From: Eledone cirrhosa
Lineage: Eukaryota
Assembly (NCBI GenBank): GCA_964016885.1
Contig: OZ024744.1
Span: 60,946,001-61,010,000 of the forward strand
Reading direction: 5' to 3'
DNA length: 64,000 bases
The notes under the pieces are model-generated. The model ran no database searches, was not told where the DNA came from, and was given only the letters and a program-made list of their open reading frames with translations. How positions within the stretch are numbered: the stretch's first letter is position 1; each line of letters starts with the position of its first letter. Below are positions 51,295 to 64,000 of the stretch, piece by piece. The translations under genes and the position numbers were made by a program.

Positions 51295-53205
51295 ACAATA
51301 CTTATTGCACCAGAGCACCGGCCACATATAAAATTTATATTCTGAGTTAGCTTACCTGTGATCCCACTACATCTTTTATGCACCCATACTTTGCATTTGG
51401 GACATAAAATGGAGTTTCTGCTTACTCCTTTCCTACACACTGAGCATGGCCATTTCCCAGATGGGACCAGTGCCCTATTTTCCTTCCTACATATTAGAAC
51501 TTTAGTCTTAGACAAGTTAATTTTAAGGCCTTTTGATTCTAGGCCATGCTTCCATGTTTGGAATTTCTTCTCTAGTTCAGCAATTGATTCGGCTATGAGC
51601 GTTAGATCATCTGCGTATAGAAGTTCCCATGGGCAGTCGGTCAAGAACTCCTCCGTTATAGCTTGGAGGGTGATAATAAATAGGAGGGGGCTAAGGACGG
51701 AGCCCTGATGAACACCAACTTTTACGCTAAACTCTTCACTATATTCGTTGTTAACTCTAACCTTGCTGACTGTTTCTTTATACATGGCTTGTATAGCTCT
51801 CACAAGCCATTCATCTACACCTAGTTTTCTGAGAGCCCACCAGATAATGGGGTATGGGAGCTGTCAAAGGCTTTCTCCAAGTCAACGAAAGCTAAGTATA
51901 GTGGTTTACTTTTAGCTAGGTACTTCTACTGTAGTTGTACAATGAATAGAGCGTCTGTGGTACTTTTACCTGAGACACACCCGAACTGCATTTCATCTAG
52001 ATCAATTCGCTCTCTGATTAGTTGCGCTATTACTTTTTCTGTGACCTTCATGACCTGGTCAATTAATTTAATGTCTCTATAGTTTCCCCTATCTAGGGCA
52101 TCTCCTTTACCCTTGTAGCAGTTAATGATGATGATGCTACGCCAGTCCTTTGGTACGACCCCATTCTGTATGACTTGGTTTACTATCCGGGTGACCATAA
52201 TGTGTCCCACCGTTCCAGATGCTTTCAGCATTTCAGCAACTATTTCCGAAGGCCCAGCTGCCTTACCCGTCTTCATATCTTTGATTGCCTTACTTATTAT
52301 ACTACCTTCGACTAGCACTGCTGGTCCCTCTATTGGATCGATGTGGGGGAGGCTGTCTTTCTCCCATTTATTCTCCTCATTTAGTAGCCTTTCGTAGTGA
52401 CATTACCTTCTTATCAGCATCAGTGATGGCAAGTACAGCATCATCATTACGAACACACCTCTCCTCGACAATATCACGGTTTTCCTTGACACATTGCCTA
52501 GCAATCCTGAACAGCTCACGTTTTTGGTCCTCACGTTGTAGAACATGCTTGAACTTTCTTTTCTCTGCTTCCCTTCTTGCGAAGTACACTTGTCTCCTAG
52601 CTTCCCTCCTGGCCACTTGATAGTCTTCTCTACTTCCTCCGTCCTGCCATACTTTCCAAGCCTACTTTTTGGCCTTGATTGACTCCTCCACCTTACTGTT
52701 CCACCACCACGTTACTCTCCTCCTGCCTATAGGCCTGCTCCAGCCACAAACTTCATCTGTCACCTTCAGCAGGTTAGCTTTCAGGAATTCCCACTGTTCC
52801 TCTATATTGTACGACTCTAATTGCTCTTCTTTACTGTCAAAAGCATCAAGTAATATGCTTTTAAATTTATTACTGGCTGTGGGGTCCTTTAGCTTCCATA
52901 TTTTTCTCCTGAGGATAATCCTCCTCTGTAGTTGAGTACGTCTTGTCCTGACTATGAGGTCGCTGACTATGAGTCTATGTTGGGAGGTGCATTCTTCATG
53001 GGGGAGGGATTTAGTGTTTACAACAGACACTCTGTCACGTCTTCTGGTAAGGATATAATCTATCTGACTGGCGCATTCCCCTGATCTATAGGTGATCAAG
53101 TGATTGTCTCGTTTTTTGAAGTTTGTGTTACAGATAGTTAGGTCACAGAATTCTAGGATTCTGGAGCCTTCCTCATTTCTAGTACCAAACCCATAGCCTC
53201 CATGG
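51295..53205 (-). mobile_element. RTE-clade LINE fragment (endonuclease C-term, linker, RT, PHD-like finger)
   Basis: GYGFGTRNEEG, SQIDYIL, TWWWN, KGKGDALDRGNYR, GVHQGSVLSP and YADD, with frameshifts. Confidence 0.92.
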
Positions 53206-53489
53206 ATATATATATATATAAAATAAAGTAAAATAAAAAGTCAAAAGTTTAAAATTTAGCTTCGTTTATTACTGCTATATATATTTCGGTGACAGCCATC
53301 TTTGGCTGTGACCTCTTCAGGCAGTCCGAATTAGTGTGGTATAGACAAGTACATATGTTGTTGAGGTGTATAATTTTGTCAATACTCTGATATGCCCAGT
53401 TCCTCGTTGGGTTGTTATTTCACTGAGGAACTGGAATCATATATATATATATACTTATATATACATTCTCACTATTGTATATTATATAT

Positions 53490-54170
53490 CATCATCATCA
53501 TCATCATTGTTTTTATATCTGCTTTACTATGCTCACATGGGTTGGATGAGTCCTTCTCAGCACAGCATCTTTCCATTTGCTGTGTTTCTTTGTCATCATC
53601 TCTGTGAGTCTCAGTGATTTGACGTCAGCTCTCACGACCTCTGCCCTGTTTCGCGACCTAACTCTACTGTGCCTTTCTTCACCCATACACATAACATGTC
53701 TGTACCAAAACAGTCTTCTCTCCTGCACACCACCTCGGATCCCTCTGAAACCCAGCTTCTCCCTCAGTTCATCCAACGAAGCATGGCTGTTTCATTTCTC
53801 TCCAGCCTATGCATGTCTTCTGCACTCACTGCCTATGTGTCACTATCATGGAGCATTTCACTTCACACACAGGCGTCATACAGTCGTCCTTTTGTATGTA
53901 GGGAGAAATCTTTTGTTGTCAACAGTGGGAGTAGCTCTCTAAACTTCTTCTATCTAATCCTTCTTCTAGCTCTAATGCTCTCAGAGCACCCTTCTTTGCA
54001 GCTAATTAAGTCACCCACATAGAAGAAAGTACCAACCACTTCTATGGACCCTGCCTCTGACTTCAAGAGGTTTATATCACTGACGCTCTTCCCCTCTATT
54101 ACTTCTGTGCATCTTCTACATACATTATCTTCATCACATGTTAGTCTACGCATTATCCCACTACACATGG
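53490..54170 (-). mobile_element. Degraded RTE LINE 3' fragment
   Basis: IEVVGTFFYVGD and ERRLFWYRHV motifs with an (atg)n tail. Confidence 0.8.
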
Positions 54171-54233
54171 ACCCCCCTCCAGTTCGACCACCCTTGATAT
54201 TGAGTTTATGCCTACTTCTTTTCTAAATAAGGA

Positions 54234-54266
<33 letters not shown>

Positions 54267-54910
54267 TTGTCAAATTATCCTGAGCTGGTTTTCTTGTTGC
54301 TTTGGTCCTTGCGGCTGGTTCACCGGTCGCAGCCTTCAATTTGTCAAGCTGTCTAAACGTATGTTATTACTCTAAGGTGAAACTATCCTATTGAGTGCTT
54401 AGCTGCACATTCTGGATTGCATTCGTTAGCTTGGCCGTGGCCGTGGCCAGAGCTTCGATTCTACCAACTTCTATTTGTATATATATCATCATCATCATCA
54501 TCATCGTTTAACGTCCATCTTCCACGCTTGCATGGGTTTAGACGGGAATTGTCCCACTTGAGGCAAGAGTGATTGTCTTGCTCATATAGGACTGTCTGGC
54601 AGGTTTTCTATGGCTGGATGCCCTTCCTAACACCAACCACATTTACAGTGTGGGGCTGGGAGGTTTTTACCGTATTACCTACACGGCCACATTACAGCGT
54701 GGACTGTGTGTTTTTGTCGTGACACCTACACGATCTCATTTGTTTAGGACTGGATGTTGTGACACCAACATAATTTTACAGAGAAAGGGGTGGTGTTGAT
54801 GGGGGTGGAGGAGTTGGGATAGTGGGATGGGGGTGGAGGAGTTGGTATAGTGGGATGGGGGTGTATATTTGATGAAGAGGTGCCCACTGACTGTAGGTTT
54901 CGCTTTGTAC

Positions 54911-56160
54911 TTAGGCAAGGCAGGTTTTCTGTATTACTGCATAGCACCAAAGATCTCGGTCCAGTGACATTGTCTTGGAGAGGTGTAAGTGTGTAAGGTC
55001 GGAATTTATCAAATCATCCCAGGTTTTTCTGAGTCTACCTACTCCGTAACTTCCATCTATTTTAATCGCCCTGCACTTTTTTATACAGCTGTTGTCTTTC
55101 ATGCGCATCACGTGACCGTACCAACGTAGTCTTCTCTCAAGTAAACAGCATCTGATCCCTCTTATACCTAATTTCTCAGTTAGTTCATATATGCTTTGCC
55201 GTTCACGTATATTACTATTACACATCCAGCGGAGCATGCATGCTTCGTTCCTCTCTAGTCTGCGCATATCCTCTGCACACAAGGCCCATGTCTCACTGCC
55301 ATGTAACATTGCTGTTCGTATGCAGGCATCATACAGCCTGCCTTTCATTTTTAGAGAGAAACCTTTAGCGGCCAATAGTCGTATAAGCTCTCTGAACTTT
55401 TTCCATCCCGTTCTTACTCTGGCTACTGTACTTTCAGAGCACCCTCCACCACTGCTGATTTTGTCACCCAGGTAATGGAAAGTGTCCACTATTTCTATAG
55501 AACCATCTGGGCAATAGAAGGAGCTATTGTCCTGTGGGCACTTGCTACTTATTGCACCTGAGCAACATATAAAATCTATATTCTTAGTTAGCTTACCTGT
55601 GATCCCACTACATCTTTTATGCACCCATACTTTGCATTTGGGACATAAAATGGAATATCTGCCTTCTCCTTTCCTACACACTGAGCATGGCCATTTCCTA
55701 GAGGGGACATATGCCCTATTTTCCTTCCTACATACTAGAACTTTAGTCTTAGACAAGTTAACTTTAAGGCCTTTTGATTATAGGCCATGCTACCATGTTT
55801 GGAATTTCTTCTCTAGTTCAGCCATCGATTTAGCTATGAGCGTTAGATCATCTGTTTAGAGAAGTTCCTATGGGCAGCCGGTCTTGAACTCCTCTGTTAT
55901 AGCCTGAAGGGCAATAATAAATAGGCGAAGGCTATATTCGTTGTTAATTCTAACCTTGCTGACTGTTTCTTTATACATAGCTTGTATAGCTCTCACAAGC
56001 CATTCATCAACCCCTAGTTTTCTAAAGGCCCACCAGATTATGGCGCGGGCGACTCTGTCAAAGGATTTCTCCAAGTCAACAAAAGCTAAGTATAGGGGTT
56101 TACTTTTAGCTAGGTACTTCTCCTGTAGTTGTCGTACAAGTAAAAGGGCATCTGTGGTAC
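54911..56160 (-). mobile_element. RTE LINE fragment (RT to C-terminus), same family as 51295-53205
   Basis: AFVDLEKSFDRV, KWPCSVC...[25 protein letters not shown]. Nucleotides 55548-56160 align with 51301-51965. Confidence 0.9.
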
Positions 56161-56454
56161 TACATTCAATTTTTTTGTAAAATACCAAGCATTTCCTATC
56201 CAGTTCCTGTAATGTACTGTCATATGTTGCCCTTGAGGCAAATAAAAGGAATTATTACTATTTTTGTTGTTATATTATTATTATTATTATCATCATTATT
56301 TTTATTAATCACTCAATCTATCAGAAATTGGTCTTAATGTCATGAGAGAGATAGAGAGAGAGAAAGAGTGAGGGAGAGAGGGAGAAAGAGAGAACAAAGG
56401 TTACCTTGTTCTTGCGTCATGGAATTCTTACTATCAAGAAGAGGGGAGCTGATA

Positions 56455-57199
56455 TGTATACATATATATAAAACTGAAAGTGTCTGTGTGTGTGTGTCCT
56501 AATTTTGGCAAAGTCTATACAAATCCACATTTCTACTCTGATTGACTTCAAACTTGCATTTATATATTCCTTGCGATCTAAAGATATTAACTGCAGCTAT
56601 CATTTTTCCATTTTCTGCTGTTAAAAGTGTTTTTTTCACTAAGCCCTTTTTGTCAGTTCGGCAATTTTGTCTAAAATGTTCAGGAGAGACAATTCTTTAG
56701 TATTTTGAAAGAGTTACCTCTCTTTATAGACTATATTATCCCTACTTAAATGTACATCCTTGAAATTGTTGATGGTAACCCCAATAGTATCTCAGAAGTG
56801 TTCGGCATCCGATATAACAGTTCGGTCTATATCAGATTGGGTAGATTTTTGTAACCTTAAAAGTATCCCCATGCTCTCCACCACTGCAGTCCCACATGCT
56901 TACTGCTCTCTAACTATTGCTTTCATTGTACCATAGCATAGCAAATACATGTTCGGTTTGTCGAATGCCTTTTCACTTAACCCTATCGTCTTGGCTTTTG
57001 TGGGTTGAACATTTTACTCTCAGGCACCCAATTAAGTTAAACCCCTGGTAATCTACGACAAATTTCTTTTATAAACACAAAATGAAGACACCATCCCCAG
57101 GTCGAGGTATTCCGTACTTCTCTGTACTGTTTCAGAAAGGAGGGATAAACATGCCAATCTATGTTTAGAATCCCGAGCAATGCCGGGCCATTCTGATAG
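56455..57199 (+). mobile_element. Helitron-like element
   Basis: 5' tatatataaaactgaaagtgtctgtgtg; 3' cccgagcaatgccgggccattctg-ATAG|T. Confidence 0.65.
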
Positions 57200-58210
57200 T
57201 AGGTCATAAATACCCATGCAAGCGTGGAAGATGGACGTTAAACGATGATGACGATGATGATGATGAAATACTAATAATAGGTTTCTCTGTATGTGTGTGT
57301 CTATACATACACAATATACATACTTGTAAATGTATATATATACACACACACACACTGACACACATACATACATGTGTGTGTGTTTGAGTGCAAATGTGCA
57401 CATACACACACAAACTACATAAATTTCACCACTTTTTCTCGACAGTATGTTTTCCACACTCGAAAAACCAGAGTAACCAGATTTAAATCTTTAGGTTATA
57501 CACACACATATATACGTGTGTGTATATACATATCTATATACATAAACACATACATACGCGCAAACACACACACATATATATATATACATGCACACACACA
57601 CATACTGATGTGTGTATATATGTGTATGTGGTTGCTATAGATTGACTATTGAAAAAGTAACAAATAACTTTAAAGAATCCATTATCTGTGACATTCAGGA
57701 AAAGCTGCTCATAGTTGTTTGCACTTGTTTTGTTCTGTTTGATGAAAGACTACATCTAATGAAATGACACTTTCACTGCTGTCCTTTTTCTGCTTTCAGC
57801 CATTTGGTTGCCATGGTCATGATGTAGCAAAAGCTTTTAAACTAAAGTGTATATATATATATATATATATAGTTGAAATGGAGGAGCAAAACGCAGGAGG
57901 AAATTGTACACAGTTATATTAGGTTCACGCTTGGTGGGAGTGGAGGAGGTTTCAATGTTTTGGACAGAAGCCGTTCATCAGGAAAGTTAAGATAGGGAGA
58001 GAACTGGAACTCTGAGATACATAAACACACGCACACATAGATATATATATATACATATACATATAAATATAAATATATATACATACACACACACACATAT
58101 ATATACATACACACACATATAAATATAAATATATATACACACACACACATATATATACATACACACACACATATATATACATACACACACACACACACAT
58201 ATATATACAT

Positions 58211-58244
<34 letters not shown>

Positions 58245-58499
58245 TAAATGGTGATGATGATAATATAGATGCATATGCATATATATATATATATGTGTGT
58301 GTGTGTAGCAATATTTGTAGGTGTGAAAAGGAAAAAGAAAAACACTGCTCAACCAGGAAGAGAGCAGAAATATTATATTATTTATTTATGTTCATACAAT
58401 AAAGGTGCTACCCAAGGTTCCAAGTGTCTAATTTGATGCCTCTTCTATTTGGGAGTTATGGTCAAATATGGGCCTTTGTTCTGTGTATGAAGATAAATG

Positions 58500-58800
58500 A
58501 AGTTATTATGCTTCATTAGATGTGCAATGTAAATGTGAAAACTTGGATGAACTAAGGGAGAAACTGAATTTAAGAGGAATCAGAAGTGGTGTGCAAGAGA
58601 GAAGACTGCATTGGTATTGGCATGTATAGTGCATGGAAGATGGTTGCTGGGTGACGTGTTAGGAAGTCGAGGTAGACCATGCAAGACTTGGGCGAAGGTA
58701 TTGATTGAGAGCTGATCTCAAATCCTTGGGACTCACAGAGGTGATGAAGGAATGCAAAGAGTAGAGAGATGTTGTGCTGAAAAGGACCTATCTAAACCAT
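58500..58800 (+). mobile_element. Degraded RTE LINE 3' fragment
   Basis: ELREKLNLRGIRSGVQERRLHWY-like reading. Confidence 0.65.
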
Positions 58801-59394
58801 GCAATGTCCATTGTGTTTTCTTCCCAAATAGCTATCCATGGTTTCTATTGATGTACTGTAGGTGAATAGTTCTGTCTTATAAAGCATTCAAAACTATAAT
58901 GAGTAGGAATTGTCCATGTGCTTGTCTCTTCAAAATTTTCTGTTTCCTATATTTCTCCATTTTTAATGATATCAGATGGATGCCCTTCCTAATGCCAACC
59001 ACATTTACAGTGAGTACTGGGTGCTTTTTGTTGTGACATATACAACTACTTTACAGTGAATACCGGCTGCTTTTTGTTGTGACTCCTATACAACCAGTTT
59101 ACAGTGTATACTGGGTGTTTTTTTGTTGTGACACCTACACAACCACTTTACAGTGTGGACTGGGGACTTAGTTGAGAGAGGTGTGTGGTGGATTGGAGAG
59201 GTGGGTATTTGTGTGTGTGTGTCAGGGGTGGAGTGTTAGGACGTGGGAGGTAATGGAAGGGGTTTGGGGTGGAGCATACTAGATGTATGCTTCATCCTGT
59301 GCTTATGAGAGTTGTATGGAATAGTGGGGTGGGGTGGGGGAGGTGAAGGTGGTGTATACTATATTTATGCTTCAGCCTGTGCTCATGAGAAGGC

Positions 59395-59590
59395 GCATCT
59401 TCTGTATTATTGCATAATGCCAGAGATCTTGGTCCTGCATCATCACTTTTGAGAGGTGCAGTTGGGCAAGGTTGTCTTTTATCACTTCATCCTGGGTCTT
59501 CCCACTCCATCAACTTTCAGCACCCAGCACCTTCATATACCACTCTCATCCTTCATACACATCACATGCCCATACCAACGTAATCTCCTC
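59395..59590 (-). mobile_element. Degraded RTE LINE 3' fragment
   Basis: [16 protein letters not shown]; similar to 36480-36700. Confidence 0.7.
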
Positions 59591-59724
59591 ATATATATAA
59601 CTGAAATGTAAGCGAGATATGTGGCTGCTGTTCGGTGGTGAGAGGATAGTAACTTGGTCTGTGATGACCTATCAAACCCATGCCCGCATAGAAAATTAGA
59701 TGTCAAATGATATGTATATGTGTG

Positions 59725-59859
<135 letters not shown>

Positions 59860-61070
59860 TCATCATCACCATCATCATCATTTTACGTCCGCTCTTCCCT
59901 GCTTGCATATCATCATCATCATCTTCGTTTAACGTCCATCTTCCACACTAGCATGGGTTACATGGGAGTTGTCCCACTTGAGGCAAGATTGGCCGGGTGA
60001 CCGTGTCTCGCTCATATAGGACTATCTGGCAGGTTTTCTATGGCTGGATGCCCTTCCTAACACCAACCACATTTACAGTGTGGGGCTGGGAGCTGTTTAC
60101 CGTGTTACCTACACGACCACATTATAGCGTGGACTGTGAATTTTTTTTTCTTGTGACACCTACACGATCTCGATCTCATTATCTCATTTATTTGGACTGG
60201 ATGTTGTCGTACCAACTTTATAGAGAGAGGGTGGTGTTGGTGGGAGTGGGAGGATAGGGTAGGGGCAGTGGATTGGGATGTATATTTGGTTATATATATC
60301 TTTCCATACATTGAAACATATGTAGAATTAAAATTATGTTTTAAGTAAAACTGGGTTATTCTCTCTCCATTTATATATATATGTGTGTATATATATATAT
60401 ATATATGTACTTGTCCATGTGTATTCATTCAGAAATAAGACTACTTATATAAAAAAGGAAAGAGAATCAATCCTTTGTCAGTTTCAGTAATGTGAGTTCT
60501 AACTGTTCAATCTATTATGCTGTAATCACTGGATTGCATGTGTCAGATGGAGGTACATACAATCAACCTCTTGAGCTTCTGCACAATTTCTTTTCTAACC
60601 AGTTCCATTCATAACACGAGACATGATCTGACATGACGCAATGGTAGAAGTCATTTGCAGTGTTGCATAGTGGGACTGAACCTGGGACTTGTGAAGTCTC
60701 TAGTTTAATGTGTTAAAAGCTTACTACATGATGCAAAAATTAAATTTAAATTTTAATATTAACAGTTGTCAACAGTTTCAAAAGTTCTTGTATTGTAAGA
60801 GCAGAAATTATGTCAGGTGGCTCAGTATAAAGATGGTTAGTGTTTAAAAAATGCAAATTAGATAGCATAATGAGATGATTTAGATAAGAGAACAAGTGAA
60901 ATTTGGAGTTTGTTCAACAAACATTGAGCACAACAAATATATTAACAAAAATATTATGTATTTATCTGATACAAGATATATACTGATATAAGGACATTAA
61001 AAATATATCTGTGGAGTAAAGAATGATATGTACACTAGAGTCAATAAGAATTGATTGACAACTGACATCT

Positions 61071-63118
61071 AACAGTTCCAGTGAAGTGACCACATCATAG
61101 TTGTACATCACAGTCTATAACTGACCATTAACAGTTCCAGTGAAGTGACCAGGTCATAGATGTACATCACAGTCTATAACTGACCATTAACAGTTACAGT
61201 GAAGTGACCAGGTCATAGATGTACATCACAGTCTATAACTGACCACTAACAGTTCCAGTGAAGTGACCAGGTCATAGATGTACACCACAGTCTATAACTG
61301 ACCATTAACAGTTCCAGTGAAGTGACCAGGTCATAGATGTACACCACAGTCTATAACTGACCATTAACAGTTCCAGTGAAGTGACCACATCATAGTTGTA
61401 CATCACAGTCTATAACTGACCATTAACAGTTCCAGTGAAGTGACCAGGTCATATAGATGTACACCACAGTCTATAACTGACCATTAACAGTTACAGTGAA
61501 GTGACCAGGTCATATAGATGTACACCACAGTCTATAACTGACCATTAACAGTTCCAGTGAAGTGACCAGGTCATATAGATGTACACCACAGTCTATAACT
61601 GACCATTAACAGTTCCAGTGAAGTGACCACATCATAGTTGTACATCACAGTCTATAACTGACCATTAACAGTTACAGTGAAGTGACCACATCATAGTTGT
61701 ACATCACAGTCTATAACTGACCATTAACAGTTCCAGTGAAGTGACCAGGTCATATAGATGTACACCACAGTCTATAACTGACCATTAACAGTTACAGTGA
61801 AGTGACCAGGTCATATAGATGTACACCACAGTCTATAACTGACCATTAACAGTTCCAGTGAAGTGACCAGGTCATATAGATGTACACCACAGTCTATAAC
61901 TGACCATTAACAGTTCCAGTGAAGTGACCACATCATAGTTGTACATCACAGTCTATAACTGACCATTAACAGTTACAGTGAAGTGACCAGGTCATATAGA
62001 TGTACACCACAGTCTATAACTGACCATTAACAGTTCCAGTGAAGTGACCAGGTCATATAGATGTACACCACAGTCTATAACTGACCATTAACAGTTACAG
62101 TGAAGTGACCAGGTTATATAGATGTACACCACAGTCTATAACTGACCATTAACAGTTCCAGTGAAGTGACCAGGTCATAGATGTACACCACAGTCTATAA
62201 CTGACCATTAACAGTTCCAGTGAAGTGACCAGGTCATATAGATGTACACCACAGTCTATAACTGACCATTAACAGTTCCAGTGAAGTGACCACATCATAG
62301 TTGTACATCACAGTCTATAACTGACCATTAACAGTTCCAGTGAAGTGACCAGGTCATAGATGTACACCACAGTCTATAACTGACCATTAACAGTTCCAGT
62401 GAAGTGACCAGGTCATATAGATGTACACCACAGTCTATAACTGACCATTAACAGTTACAGTGAAGTGACCAGGTCATATAGATGTACACCACAGTCTATA
62501 ACTGACCATTAACAGTTCCAGTGAAGTGACCAGGTCATAGATGTACACCACAGTCTATAACTGACCATTAACAGTTACAGTGAAGTGACCAGGTCATATA
62601 GATGTACACCACAGTCTATAACTGACCATTAACAGTTCCAGTGAAGTGACCACATCATAGTTGTACATCACAGTCTATAACTGACCATTAACAGTTCCAG
62701 TGAAGTGACCAGGTCATAGATGTACACCACAGTCTATAACTGACCATTAACAGTTCCAGTGAAGTGACCAGGTCATATAGATGTACACCACAGTCTATAA
62801 CTGACCATTAACAGTTACAGTGAAGTGACCAGGTCATATAGATGTACACCACAGTCTATAACTGACCATTAACAGTTCCAGTGAAGTGACCAGGTCATAG
62901 ATGTACACCACAGTCTATAACTGACCATTAACAGTTCCAGTGAAGTGACCAGGTCATATAGATGTACACCACAGTCTATAACTGACCATTAACAGTTACA
63001 GTGAAGTGACCAGGTCATATAGATGTACACCACAGTCTATAACTGACCATTAACAGTTACAGTGAAGTGACCAGGTCATATAGATTGTACACCACAGTTT
63101 ATAACTGACCACTAACAG
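61071..63118. repeat. Tandem satellite, ~34 units of 59/61 bp
   Basis: Unit aacagttMcagtgaagtgaccaggtca(ta)tagatgtacaccacagtctataactgaccatt with a few recurring variants. Confidence 0.97.
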
Positions 63119-63669
63119 AGAAGAGACCAGTAGGAATATAGAAAAAGAAATGAAGTTGAAATTGTACTTAAAATACATTTTAGTTTAAATTTATTATCCA
63201 AACTGGTTTCATAACAAGTAGATGATATTAATAGTAACTTTGTTTACATAAAGATAGTTGCATAATGTAAAACGGTGAAAAGTTACAAATCAAATAGCAG
63301 TTAACCATCTTAAAATAGCTGCTGGAGAAAGCATTATTTTGATTTGTTGTTTTAGACATGTGATTATTGTTAATTTGTTCTGTTACCTCTACAAACTGGG
63401 CAAATATAAAGAAAAAAATGCACTTGAAGTCCTTTAATCCTCTTACATTTTCCTTACTCTACAACACTCTTCCATGTAAGTAACAGTGACAATCTACTTA
63501 GACATGGTTTATATTGCTTAGTAAACACACTTCCTTTATTTACCAGTATTTCAGCTGTAGTTTATGTCAGAACATTGGTAAAAGGAGAAAACTTGGTATG
63601 TCAGGAATTTATTTATAGCATATAAGTCAAAATGCTTACTAGCAGCTGGTACTGGGGTTTCTTTCTTAA

Positions 63670-63960
63670 TTGTTGATGACAGACAACCATTCTTTTCCTT
63701 TCAAAGTTAATCCAGCTTGTCCTATACAATTTTCTTTTGAAACCAACCTAACCACAAGTGATGACTTAGACATGTTAAATTATCTCACGAAAACAATCAA
63801 CAGAGACACTCTTATTGTTTCATTTGATTTAATAAACTTCTATACTAGAATTCCACATGAATAGGGATTAGAGGCTATAGTATTGTGGGTAGGTAAATTT
63901 TCTAACATACTACCTGAATAAATAAATAAAAAAATCATCTAAAGAATAAAATTTATCCTA
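63670..63960 (+). mobile_element. Penelope-like RT remnant
   Basis: LIVSFDLINFYTRIPHE*GLEAI resembles the PLE RT motif. Confidence 0.65.
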
Positions 63961-64000
63961 TCATCATCATCATCATCATCATTTAACATCTGCTTTCCTT

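Noticed and set aside
61071-63118. CRISPR-like appearance of the regular ~60-bp array
   Set aside because: There are no unique spacers (the whole unit repeats), no cas genes, and the context is eukaryotic. It is a satellite.

Overview
This is AT-rich, microsatellite- and transposon-dense animal genomic DNA. The RTE LINEs with (ATG)n tails and the tRNA-derived SINE families suggest a cephalopod, probably Octopus (inference). One protein-coding gene spans most of the window on the minus strand: an FHIP1/FAM160A-type subunit of the FTS-Hook-FHIP dynein adaptor complex. I reconstructed it by hand as 11 coding exons (42077->6237; 3636 nt; 1211 aa) with canonical GT-AG sites and consistent phases, including a 39-nt candidate microexon and a 1505-nt exon with an internal duplication. 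A CpG-rich candidate promoter/5' exon lies near 49.1-49.4 kb. Introns and flanks contain a complete but stop-disabled 4245-bp Ty3/gypsy-type LTR element (270-bp LTRs, 5-bp TSD, a clear -1 frameshift cassette, a displaced PBS). They also contain a mariner relic, a CR1-type LINE nested in a Helitron, several other Helitron pieces, RTE LINEs with a PHD-like finger inside the RT, SINEs sharing the RTE tail, Penelope fragments and a 2-kb 59/61-bp satellite with a 360-bp higher-order repeat. I found no clear new multi-gene system. The best leads are the unusual retroelement architectures, templated insertions and inverted SINE pairs around exons. All coordinates and counts were read by eye.
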